A stretch of 64,000 nucleotides of DNA from Eledone cirrhosa (lineage: Eukaryota): the NCBI GenBank assembly GCA_964016885.1, contig OZ024750.1, positions 23,994,001 through 24,058,000 on the forward strand, in the 5' to 3' direction. The translations under genes were made by a program, and so were the position numbers. A model generated the notes under the pieces. The model did not search any database. It had not been told where the DNA came from and saw only the letters and a program-made list of their open reading frames with translations. Below, piece by piece: positions 1 to 13,488 of this stretch. Position 1 is the stretch's first letter. Each line of letters begins with the position of its first letter.

Positions 1-1049
1 TAAAAAACTTTTGCAGTATTTGTTCTGGCTCTTTGCTCTCAAATTCTGCCGAGGTCAACTTTGCCTTTCAGCCATTCAAGGTCGATAAAATAAAAAGTAC
101 CCGTCTAGTACTGGGGATGATTCTTCCTCTTTCTCTCCTCTGGAAGAAATCTGCTGTGTTCAGACCTGGAGAGGGATGGGCTCTATCAACCTTAAATGCC
201 CAAGAACCAAGAAGGCTGTATGCCTCTACAGCACCTTTGACTCCCTCATGAATTATGGGACCATACAATATACAATAACTTTCCATCATAACTTTATTTA
301 AAAACCTTTACATTATGTTCCAAACACCTGTATATACTTGAATATAAGCCAACTTGCTATTTTATGTTTGGAAATAAGCAAAAAATTCAAACCCCATTTA
401 TAAGCTAAGGCAGCTAATTAACACGTTTAGACGATGTGGTTTTGAAAGTCTCAAGTGGACAATACATTTATGAAGTTTTAATAACTTGATAATTAAACTG
501 TTTTAAGTGTCATCTAGAATATTGTTTTTGTTTCACAACTCCATTATGTAAATTTTTTTTTTTTAACCAATTTCCAACTGTTTCAAGGCCATATTTATTC
601 AAAACATATCAAAATCAATAGGAAGTTATGTAGACTTTTGAAGTTGGTAAAAATTGGCCTAATAATTAAATAAATAAATAAAATAAAATAATATATATAT
701 ATATTGTTGATTTTTGTTCCTCACATATGTCTTGTCTTTAGCTTATATATGAATATATACAGTAGTTATATTAGCAAAGGCATTAAGAAGAGCATCCAAC
801 ATATGAGGAAGACATAGTCCCCTAATTTGTCTAACCTCAGACCTTGGGAACCAGGTCAGTATCAATACTGACATAAAATGATGATGATGATTACTTGTAT
901 AATTAAATCCCCAATTCTTGATTATTTAAAATATATAGGCAGTGTCTTTCATTAGAAATATGTAAGCAAAAGTGTGAAAATAATAGAAAATAATCAAAAA
1001 TAAAAACCATTTTAGGCTGAATTTAACCTTTCTTTTCTTCCTATTTCAG

Positions 1050-1115
1050 ACGGCAAACCAGATTGATTTGAATGAACAGAGTGACTTAATGGCATCGTTT
1101 GAAGGCATGCTCTGA
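1050..1115 (+). CDS. BRD4: Terminal coding exon of BET bromodomain protein long isoform (BRD4/fs(1)h-like), C-terminal P-TEFb-interacting motif
   Basis: Polypyrimidine tract plus TTTCAG acceptor ending 1049. Translates TANQIDLNEQSDLMASFEGML*, matching the BRD4 C-terminal motif (IDMNFQSDLLSIFEENLF). Upstream exons lie outside the window. Confidence 0.85.
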   Translation, partial: TANQIDLNEQSDLMASFEGML

Positions 1116-1202
1116 GATGAAATATGGCTGTTAGTCATCCAACGACTTTAAAAGTTTGTCTGCTGCTGTTTTCCCGCTACCACTGTCTCCATATACACTG
1201 AG

Positions 1203-1260
<58 letters not shown>

Positions 1261-2664
1261 AACACACATACATGTCTATATGTATGTGTGGGTGTGTGTA
1301 TACACACATGTATATACATAAATATATATGTATGTATGTGTGTGTGCATGAGTGTTTGAGTGTGTGTGTGCATGTGTGTGTATGGTATTTAGTGGTGTTA
1401 GTTCTTTGTCATACTGTCTACAACAGCAGCAGCTGACTGCTGCCACTGTTGCCGCTCTCATCATAATCCCTCTTCATTTCAAGTTTGGCTGACTGGCGTC
1501 TTCTTGGACACTTGGCTTGTATTGACCACTCAGGGGGAAAAAAGATAAAAATAAATAATAATAATAATAATAATAATAAAAGCCACTTAGGAAATATGTT
1601 TGTGGCAATGACTGCTATTATCATGGAGATGACACCAATAATGAAAATTTAATCTAAACCAAACAACAAATATTTCCAGTGAAGGACAGCAAAATGCTGC
1701 TTGACAATTCAAATGACCATGGAACACCATTTACTACCAACACTAGAAAATGTTTTGAAACAAGGCTATATATATATACACTACTAATTTTTATTTTTCA
1801 TTTCTATTTAGGTAGGAAGGAAAGCCATATTGCTGTTTCTCTTCATTCTTCATTGTTTGTTGTTTGGTAAATAATTTATTCCAACAATCTACTCTAACCT
1901 TACTACCTACTGCCTAATTTTACAACATAAAACAAAACAAAAAAAAACAACAAAACACTTCAGCTTCTGTGTTTTCATTCCTTGTCTTGTACCAATTGGT
2001 GCTGCCACAACAACACCACCACCACTACCACCGCCACCATCATTGTCATCATCACCATCATAATGATCATCACTATCATCGCCATCATCATTGTCGTCAT
2101 CACCACCACCACCACCTTTGTGGTTGTAGATATTGCTGTTGTTGACAGTTATATATATAAAAAAAAAGGGGCAGTAGAAAAAAAACAAAAACAATTAAAT
2201 TAATGTGAGTGTATATGTATGTATGTGTATGTATATATGTATGTATATATGTGTGTATATATATATGTATATATATATACACAAAATATACACGACAAGC
2301 ATGCTCGCTGGCACACCAACCCAAAACATGATCTCAGTTTGCTTGAGAAGACATCTGCATTTTTTTTTTTTTCTTTCCTAATTTTTTTTTTTTTTTTTTA
2401 TGTTTACAAGTTGGGAAACATTGTCAGTTAATCTGTAAATTGGATGTCTATGACTGATGGCACCCCCCACTTCCCCCCCAAAATGAAAGAACCCTTCCTC
2501 ATTGCTATCAATTTATTTCCCACTTTTGTAATGATGATTTTTTTTTCCTTTTTACTGTCTTGTCCAATTCCACTGCTACACATATATATATATACACACA
2601 TATATATATATAATTTGGTTTTTTTTTGTTTCCCCCCTGATTGCCAGGACTACCGTCAACACAA

Positions 2665-2698
<34 letters not shown>

Positions 2699-5600
2699 GT
2701 ATTGCCCCAAAAGACATGTAATTCATAACTCTGTGTGTTAGTGTGTGTGTGTGTGTGTTATTACCAGTCATGAAGAAGAAAAAGCAAGGCCATATTGCTC
2801 TTAGTAGAATTATAACCAACAGTGACAATGTTAATATTAATAATAATAATGTGTGGTGATAAGGTTAGTCTTGATTTAGCATGACTTTGGTATACCATTC
2901 CTTTTCAGCTTAACATTTACAAGATTTTCTTTTTGTTTCATTTCATCAACATCATTTTTATTATAATTATTGTCTATAGGTGATGGATTGGCAGAATCGT
3001 TAGAGTGTTGGACAAATTGCTTTGTGGCATTTAGCTACGGCCCTTTACTTTCTGAGTTCAACTTTGCTATTCGTCCTTCTGAGGTCTATAAAATAATGTA
3101 CCAGGCAAGTACTGGAGTCAATATAATTGACTTATCCTTTCCACTAAGGTTGCTGGCCTTGTGCCTAAATTAGAAACCATTAAGAGTGATGGATTGGCAG
3201 AATTGTTAGAACGTAGAACAAAATGCTTTGCAACATTTGTTTCAGTGCTTTATGTTCTGAGCTCAAATCCTGCTGAGGTCAACTTTCCCTTTCATCCTTC
3301 TGAGGTCGATTTAATCGACGACACCTCCCTTGCTGGCCTTGTGCCAAAATTGGAAGCCATTATTATTGTCATCATTATCAGTTACTTGCTTGTGGTTGTG
3401 TTTGAGCATGTGTATAAACAAACACCATTACGACTTTTACTCATGATGTGGGTGTGGATTTCAACTGTAGCTATATACTACTACTACCACCACTACTACT
3501 ACTACTAATTAGACTTCACTGTACATTGTCATTGCTCATTTCTTGATCCAACTTCTCCTTCCTCCTCTACTCACGATATAATAACTTTTCCTGTACATTA
3601 AATAATGTATGTGTGTGTGTGTGTGTATGATATGACTTAGATATATGCATGTACATGCCATTGTTGTGATATATGTATATATATTTATATATGTATGTAT
3701 GTATAATGTTCGGTACCTTGTAGCCAGGCTGCTGTCCAATTGCTCTAACAACACACACTGGTAACATTTAAATATTTCAAAATTTTTTTTTTGCAATTAT
3801 CGAAAAAAAAATTTTAACCTGTCATTAGTAAATAAATAAAAAAAAAAACATTAAACAACAAAAATATTATAGAAAAAAAATAATTTCCTCTTGTAAAAAC
3901 ATTTCAATAAAACTCCTAATAAAATATGAAAAAAAGACAATTGGAGAAATTTGAGCAACATAGCTTTACTTTTCTCCATTTTTCTCTTTGGAAAACAATA
4001 TACACATTGTTAGTCTCTTTCTCTGTCTGTCTGACTGTCTCTCATGCACTTATGTATGTATTATATAGCCAGTCACAGAGATGTTATGTGTTATGTACAG
4101 AAAACGTGCTGGCTTTTTCTCTTCCTTCTCTTATTTTTCTCCATGATTTCTTCTGGTAACAAATATTTTAATTTTTTTTTTTTTTCTCTCCTTTCAATTA
4201 AATATTTTAACATGTTTCTAGGGTGTTGGATTGGCAGAATCGGTTGAGTATTGGACCAAATTGCTTTGCCTCACAGTTATTTGTTCCAGTTCTTTTACGT
4301 TCTGAGTTCAAATCCTGCCACCAAGGTTAACTTTGCCTTTCATCCTTTCAGGGATCAATAGAATAAAATACAGTCTAGTACTAGGAGTCAATTTAATCAA
4401 CTATTTCCCTGCTTCTCTCTCCCTAAATTATTGGCTTTGTCTCTAAATTAGAAAGCACTATTTTAATATTTCTTTCAGAATGCTAAGATTTTTCTATTGT
4501 AACCTTCATTATTATTTAAACAACCCATCCCTCTTTCTCTTTAAACATTGCCACATACCATCATTTGTGTATTTTGTTAATTGCATTTTTGCAGGAGGTA
4601 ATTTTTTTAAACCCTTTCGTTACCATTTGTCTAATGGAAGTTAGTACAGTACCTATGATTTTCAAGTCATTTTGAAAATAGAGAGTTTGGAGAAATTTAG
4701 TAATATAACTAACTTTTTCAATATTAAGCTGGTGTTTGGAAAATGTCTTAAAGGTTTTTTTGCATAGAATTATGATGGAAGGTTTTTAGATAAATATAAC
4801 ATTTTAAAACACAGTTATGTGTTGCAGAACCAGGGGTGGTTTCAGACAGGTTGGTATCAGAGGGGTTAAATTACTTAGATATTTATTAATTTCTTAGTTT
4901 GATTGGTTGCAGGGAATCTATTTAGCATGGTGCCTATATTTATTATCGGGAACCCTTTTCTCGCTGTAAATATCGTAATGGTATAGAGGTCTAGTGATAT
5001 GTATTGTCCCATTATTGACTCTGTCTTGTTGACCATGTGATTTAGTGTTTAGTTTTTATACAATGTAGTCTATTGTTGTTATTGTTATTATTATTCTAAG
5101 GTTGGAGGGCAGTGGGTTGGACAAAATTCTTTGCAGTATTTGTTCTGGCATTTTATGTTCTGAGGTCAACTTCCATGGTTGATAAAATAAAGTACCAGTT
5201 AAGTACTGGGGTCAATATAATCGACTTTCCCCTTCTCCAAGTTGCTGGCCTTGTGCTAGAAATCATTATTATATCTTTTTCTAGGGCGGTGGATTGGTAG
5301 GGGGTCAGACTTTGCCTCAGAGTTACGTCACTTTATGATCTGAGTTCAAATCCTGCCGAGGTGAATTTTGCCTTTCATCCTTATGGGATCGATAAAATAA
5401 AGCACCAGTAATGCACTGGGGTAATTGCTGGCCTTGTGCCATAAATAGAAACAATTATCTTTTTTCTAATTTTATATTTTATTTTGATAGCAATTGTTTT
5501 GGGAAAACTTCATTAAACAAACTAACTAAAGCAGCAACTACAACAAAAGCCCTCATAATAATAATAATTTGAATTAACTTCAATAAACATATTATTCCTT

Positions 5601-5720
5601 AGATTATATATATTATTAGCTCTTTCATTACCATATTGCTAATGGTCTTAAAATAATCTTGGAAATCTAGAATTTAGAGGGATTTAGTAATATAACTTTC
5701 TTAACAAAATTTTGATGGGC

Positions 5721-5755
<35 letters not shown>

Positions 5756-6530
5756 CATATGCTCTTGTGGAAGATGGAAGTTAAATGATGATGATGATAG
5801 GTTGTTTCAGGTGGTTTTATATGAAAAGGGTTAACAATCAGTATATACTCTGTTCAATAAATATTCAGTTAAGTTGGTGTTTGGAACATAATTTATCAGT
5901 TTTTTTACATAAAATTATGATAGAATATTTTTTTAATATAAATATAAAGTTTTCTATGGTTTCAAAAGCATTAGATAGTTAAGAAAGAATCAAGATAGCT
6001 AAGAATTTGTTAATTGGAAAACTAGGTGCATGCTTTGGTCCCATAATCATAAGATCATGGGTTTAATTTCTGGCCTGGGTGGTGTTATATTGTTGAGCAT
6101 AATGCTTTATTTCATATTGTTCTTTCTGCCAGGAACTGCAACCAGCAAATAGCACCAGCATTAGAAGGGAAGGCCACTGACAATCAGCTCCTTTCCTTTT
6201 CTGAGAAACTATTTGTTGGAACTTCTAATATATTTCTTTATATTTTATTTGAAATAATTATCTATAGGAGAGGGGGTCATCCCCCCCCCCCCTTTTTTTT
6301 TTTTACATGAAAAATTGATTTACTTATGTTTGTTAAACCTTATTGCTTTGTTTATAGTAATTTAATTATTCGTTCAAGATAGTAATAAGTGTATTCAGCT
6401 AACAATCATGATCTTATGGTTTTGATTCCTAGCCTGGTACATTGAGTTCTTGAGCAAAACACTTAATTTCCTGTTGCTCCAATCAGCTCAACTGAAAACA
6501 AATTATTACCATCAGCAGCTAGAGGTTAAC

Positions 6531-6770
6531 TCTGGTGGACTGGCATCTTGTAATGGGGGACATGTTGTACTCTGGTGGTCTGGCATCCTGTAATGGGAGA
6601 AGTGTTGTACTCTGGTGGTCTGGCATCCTGTAATGGGAGAAGTGTTGTACTCTGGTGGTCTGGCATCCTGTAATGGGAGAAGTGTTGTACTCTGGTGGTC
6701 TGGCATCCTGTAATGGGAGCAGTGTTGTACTCTGGTGGTCTAGCATCCTGTAATGGGAGAAGTGTTGTAC
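6531..6770. repeat. 40-bp tandem repeat, ~6 copies
   Basis: Unit TGGCATCCTGTAATGGGAGAAGTGTTGTACTCTGGTGGTC. Confidence 0.95.
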
Positions 6771-9700
6771 AATGAAACTGGGATAAACTCTGGTTTGAAG
6801 AGCCTCCATGCTTGGGACAGACTTTAACAATAGATAACTGTGCAATGCTACTCTCTTTCCTTCCACATGTTTATACTGTTGTTGTCAATTTTACTCCCTC
6901 AGAATATTACAGCAACAATTGTGGCATGTGGCCTAGTGGTTGGGTTGTTGGTCTTGATTCCTGCGCTGGGCAGCACATTGTGTCCTTGAGTAAGATACTT
7001 TATTTCATGTTGCTTCAGTCCACTCACTTAAAGAAAGAAATGACTACATGCTGCAGTTGGGTGGTTTGCTCCTGCAACTGACTGGCATCTGGTCCAGAAG
7101 ACCTTCTTTAAATGGATGAGCAGGGTAGGGTAAGGGCTATCATTAAAATGCTTGAGAAAGATCCTTGGAAGTCAGCTTAACTTACATAGGTTTGAACTGT
7201 TCTCTTCCTGGTTGAACTAGAGTCCTTATAAAAAATATCCCAAGAAATCTTCAATAACATCGACCTTGGGTTGAGCTGTATGAGGCCAGCTGAACCTGCG
7301 CAGGTGTGAACTATAGCAGCAATAACAACAATAGTGGTGGTAGTAGTTAGGACAGGGGTGATTGTGATTGGAAGATAGTTTGTAGTGGCAAAATTTCTTT
7401 CATTATCTCTCAATGTGCCTCTAGATATGACTAAAAGACATCATTATGGATTGTTTTCATCAAGTACTAGAAAAATTAATAAATTTCTGAATATCTTTGG
7501 CAGATAAAAATATTTGTTGTTATCATAAAAATCTGTTTCTGAACATTTATCACTTGACCTGTTGACAATGGTGCAATTCTAATTAATCTATCTAATTGAT
7601 GCAAAGTGTGTTACATGGCTAAAAAGTGAATTTTACACACACAAACACTACCACACACACACAAGCTTCATTCATATGGAGCAAGTGGGTTAGGGTGCTG
7701 TTGGAAATATTATAAAGACTTTTTAGAATTAAAATGATGTGCTGGAAGATGTATTATAAACATTAATAAGCAACCATAATAAAATAATGACAATAATCTC
7801 CAGCAGTGTTGAACACGCTGTCTCCAAACAGTGACAAGATGTTTGTATAACCATTTGAATGTCTAAAATACCCTCTTGCTGTGTATATTGGTTTTTATAT
7901 ATATACTTGATGTGTTTCCTCTATATGGCGCAACATTTGTATAACATTGAATGGGAAAAAGTGTTAGTGCAATAGCACTTGATCTGCTAGTTAAGCAAGC
8001 TTTACATATTACAGCTAGTATATTGTACTATGTACAATGAAGAAGCTGTCCTTCCTTACTTTGTTGATAATCATGTAGAAGCTCACCATCCAACCCATCC
8101 GTCTTCGTTCTTTTACACTATTCCCCCCCCCCCCACCCCTCTTTTTCTATTGCAACTATTATCTGCTACCACATTTTTATTTATTTTTTGAACTTTGTAG
8201 TTTTTTATGTCACATACATGTTGAAAAAATAACCAATATTAATTAAACAATTAATCTGAAAGAGTATTAATTATATACTTGGTTTATCTTGTACAGTTTT
8301 CTCTCTATCTCCATCTATCTCTCTCTTCCCCACCATTAGTAACCCTTGCTGCAGTAGGCTCTTGCTTGATCCTGAAATCACTAAAAAATGTAGTCGTTTT
8401 GTATTATTAAGATTGATTCTGGAAAGTTCTATCTAGATAAATGCCTCCATGCCAGCACTGTAATAGTAGAATGGGGTGAGGGTGGGGTGGGGTGTCACTT
8501 GGTAATTGAATGTAGGGTTTTTTGTTGTTTTTTTCAACAATTAACAAGTGTTCTTCCCCCTCTCTCTCTCTCATGTGTGTATATATATTTCTGTAGCTGT
8601 TACATAATCACTTCTCTCTTTCTCTATATACACGTGTGTGTGTGTGTGTGTGTGTATATGTACATATAATAATAATGTTCTATTTGAAGCTGCTTGGAGA
8701 TACTGTGTGGCCCCATCCCATCGCCACTGCCCTTGTATATTTAAAACTGCCTCCCTCCCCTTCTGCGCGCACTGCTGGCCCATCCCTACCCCTGTCCTCC
8801 TCTTGATTCGTGTCACTTTCTCAATCACTTCTCCATAAAATACATTTTTTTTTTTTTTTTCGGTAAATGGTAGGTATTTCTTTATTTTATATATTTTTTA
8901 AATATAGTTAAACATGGCCTTAGCTCCTCATATGATGTAAATTCTTGGACTTGGAGCAGATTATCTGATGCAACGTTCTCTTTTTTTCTCTCCATTTCAA
9001 TATTTCCAATTATTTCATTTCAAAAAGTTTAAACATTTCACATTTTAAAAAAAATACAAACAGGAGCACCAATTGAAAAAGAAAGAAAAATTTTTTTTTC
9101 CTTTTTTTTTTCTTCATTTTCCAGGCATGTTTGCTAGATTTTACTTGTTTGTCTCTCAAAATATAACCTATTTTCTTATTCCTCTTATTATTGTCATGAC
9201 AGATGTAAAGTTGGGTTAGTTGTTGCCTCTATGAGGAAAGTAACTTGATGTACATTATTAATATGACCTGTAGGCGTTTGGCATACTTCTGCTTGTGGCA
9301 GTTTTCACTAGACCTTGTAGAATTAATTAAAACATTAAAACGTTGCCCAGTTCACATGTATAGTGATAATGAAACAAACTTTCATCTGATATTATTTAAA
9401 TATAAATACAATATTAAAATCACATAATTTATAATCACGTAGACCAGCAATTCCCAACCTGGGGCTCCGTGAACAACCTTCAAAATTTCAAGTATTTTGT
9501 TAAACAATAATAATATGCACATGTTATTGGGTATCCATTCTTCTCTAAGTATAAACATTTCTCATTTGATTTTTATGGGGAAGGGGGTCCGTTGGGAAAA
9601 TTCATTTAAATGGGGGTCCTTCATAATGAAATGGTTGGGAACCACAGAAATGGTCTCGTTTGTTTAGCAGTGCCTCCTCCCCTCCTCATCTCTTTCCGTT

Positions 9701-11411
9701 GCTGTTGCAGTTTTGGTGGCCTACTACTACTACTACTACTACCATCATTACTATTACTACTAATATTTAGGACTGATTTCTCAAATGTAATATATATATA
9801 TAAAGCTGGGGAAAAGCAACGCAAAAGAGTAATTTGTATTGTTTTAGTTTTTTTCTCACCCTAACCAGTTATGGGATTGCTCTTAACTTCATCACAAATC
9901 TGTTTCTAGTTTAATATATTAAAAAAAACCTTGCTGCTCAATATATTTAGGTTTTTAATTTATCTTTTGCAATGATTGGGTTGAGCGGTAATGTATGTAT
10001 GTATATGTGTGTGTATGTATATATATGTGTATGTCTCTATATATATATGTATATAGACACACACACACAAGCACACATATACATGCATATAAATGTATAT
10101 ATGGTTTGTAATAGGATTCAATGTCACCATGGCATTGTTGTAATGTTTAAGTCCTATTTTAAGGTCCCTAAATAATAACACTCCTCCACGTGAACAATAT
10201 TGGTGTTTAGCTGAAATTCTATCATCCACTTATATGTTTGTAATGTTTTCCTTTTTTAATTTATATTTTGTTTATAATTTTCTTACCTTAAAAATACATT
10301 CTGAAGTCATTTCCATTATATATATATATATATATGTGTATATATATATATATATACATTTATGTATGTGTATATATATGTATGTATGTGTGTATGTGTG
10401 TATATATATATATATATATAGCTAATATTTTGTTAGAAAACTCCTCCAATGTCAGTGTTGACATCTCACTAAATATTTCAGTTAACAACTTAGTAAAAAA
10501 AAAAAAAAGGAAGAAAAACCTCAATAATAATAATAATAATCAATCCATTATTGTATACCCTCATCTCCTTTTCACCTCTCCTATTTTCAGTGAATAATAC
10601 TGTGGTGACTACTTTTACACCAACTGTTGTTCTTTCACATTGTTAATCTGTTTCATCAACCTGTCCACTATGTATGCAATAAAGTCTCAAATACTTAACT
10701 GCCTTGTTGTTTCCTAATCAACATATTTCTTTCTTTGCTCTCCTCATATTTGTCCCCTGGGTACTGAGTGGCGTGCTAAGGAGGAGAGTGTTGCTGAAAC
10801 TGAAAGAAATAGTCTATATTGCATGTGTGAGAAGTGCCATGATTTATGGGAGTAAGACAATATTGTATGTAATCTGGGACTCTTCAGAGTTGACATCCCT
10901 TCTCTCTCTCCCACACACATTGTACTAATATATATGTATATCTATATATTGTAATACACTTTGGCAGAATTGTAAGAATGATTGATTAAATGCCTCTATT
11001 TGTTCTGGCGTTCAATACATCCAATACATCATAATCTTGTGTCAGAGAAATGAGTTTGAAAAATATACAATAATACATTAATTTGCATACTAAACTGGCA
11101 AATTACATTCCAGAGATGTTCTTTTAATGCAGTGGTTTCCTTGGTCTGATTTAATGATCAATGTTTTATTTAATCAACACACACCTATTGTTGAAGTTGG
11201 TTTCTACCATGAGGATCGACCTTTAACCCTTACAATCCACTTATAGAATTAAAGAGAACCTCCATGTTTCTTCAAAGAATTTGGTTTATCACTTGCTTTA
11301 GTTCCTAATATTACTATAGTTAATTTTTTAGATGTTACCCTTAATGTATTGAAAGGTCTGTATTCTATCGGAAACTTAGGATGTGTGTGTGTGTATATAT
11401 ATATATATATC

Positions 11412-11503
11412 ATATTTAATATAGAAATGGCTTCTACAGAACTAGATATTTCATTCGAATGAAACAGTTATAGTCCTGTAGAAGCCATTTCTATATTAAA
11501 TAT
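11412..11503. repeat. Short hairpin palindrome next to (TA)n
   Basis: ATATTTAATATAGAAATGGCTTCTACAG ... CTGTAGAAGCCATTTCTATATTAAATAT. Confidence 0.85.
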
Positions 11504-12559
11504 TGTATTTGGTTATGTGGTTACGGCCGATTAAACCTGGGATACACACACACACACATATATATGTATATATTTTATAGTATGAGTATGTAATAGCTTA
11601 ACCTGTTAAAAATCATGGGTTTTATAGTAAAAATATATTTAATTCCGTGATCACATTCTGTATTGTAATCAATTTTTTCCTTGCTCTAGTCACTCTAGTC
11701 ATGAGTCATCACTATGTATTTAATTTTACATTCATTAAAAATCAATTACATTCATTTTTTTTAATGATAATCAAGCAGTTATGCACTAAATAGTTGCATA
11801 TGTAGGTTGCTATAGATAGCTGTTTCACTAATTACTGACCATCTTGTTAATACTGTCATGAGGGAGGAAGATATCAAATTACCATTTCTCAAACATATAT
11901 GTCATCAGAATACTTATGATGACGATACGCAAACACTTTATCTCACAATATAGAATTAATGAAATTTTGAGAAGAATACCTTAACATAAGTATGAGCGAC
12001 CTGTTATGGCTGGTTTGAACAGAAAGAGGTGAGAGAATCTTGGCCGGATACAGCCAGTTTAAATGTAATTTGTGTTTGGCAGAAGCACTTAACAATTCTT
12101 TCTGAATTTACTAAATGGTAAATCTAAGAGAATATCTTAATACAATAACTAGATTTTTAAAACTTACATTTGAATGATGACAATTGTTCCAGTTGTTTGA
12201 TTATGGAACAGCCTCTTTTTAAAATAAGTTGAAAATGACTGAGTATTCTACAAATGTGTACCCTTAACCCTTTAGCATTTAAACCGGCCAGAATGCTCTC
12301 ACCTTTTTCTGTTCAAACTGGCGTAACTAGCCACTCATACTGATGTTGAGGTGTTGTTCTCAAAATAAATAACATCAAAATCTCATAGATTTGATATTAT
12401 GTGAGATAAGTGTAAGATAAAGCCTTTACCACAAAAATACAATAGTAAATATAGAGTAATGTAAATGTTAAAGGGTTAATGTAATTCTCAGACATTCAGT
12501 ATGTATTAAAACTTCTTACCCACATGCTTCATCTCTTAGGTCTATGCCTTACTGTCATA

Positions 12560-13488
12560 TCACTATAAGTTATGGTGTGCACCAACGTTTGTATTTGTCT
12601 GCTATTCCACGCTCTTCCTCTATATCAATGACATAATATCTATCACATCCAACAACACATTTTTATGCAAATGATGCCACCTTCCTCAACCAATCATTTC
12701 CATATTCAATCTTGGCACTTCATGTCAAACCTTCACTGATTCCGTGCATAATATCTATCACATCTAACAACACATACTTTTATGCAAATGATGCCACCGT
12801 CCATTGTTCTGTAACCTTCCCCAACCAATCATTGTCCACATTCAATCTCGGCACTTTGTGTCAAACCTTCCCTAATTCCATGCATAATGACTGCAAGAGC
12901 ATCCTCCAAGGGAGTTGTGCCAATCTCATCTCTCACCACTGCTTATATCAAGAAAACATCATTACACATAGTCATAATAATCACTCCAAACTGGAGACCT
13001 CACAATAACTGAGGATTTTGCATGGTATTCATACATCGTTATCATAGCTGGGGTTGCATCTCAAAGGACTGATCCTTCTCTTTAGCACCCTCTCTCCCCA
13101 ACAATTATCGACCTTAACAAAGCTCAGTTGGAACCTACATGAAGTAGTGCTTCCACCTCTGAAACTGTGATGCAGCTACAGACACACCCTAAACTACATC
13201 CAGAGAAAAGCTTTGTGATAAATTGGCACATTCCAACATCTGGTCCACAGATATGCTATCTGTCCCTCAGAGCTGGTTGGTCTCTAACTGGCACATTACA
13301 ACATCTGGCTCACAAATATGTTGCCTTTTCTATCACTACAACAATACTATCTGTCCCTCAGAGCTAGTTGGTCTCCTGCTACTTTTATTCAGGCACTCCT
13401 GTCTCACCTCTTATCACATATGTCCATCCACACCCAGAACATCAGCCCTCTGGAACTCCCACCTGACTCAAAAATAGACTTGCAACAG
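12560..13488 (+). mobile_element. Degraded CR1/Jockey-like LINE RT fragment with internal duplication
   Basis: LFLLYINDI...FYANDAT (YADD-like) present twice; disrupted downstream. Confidence 0.65.
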
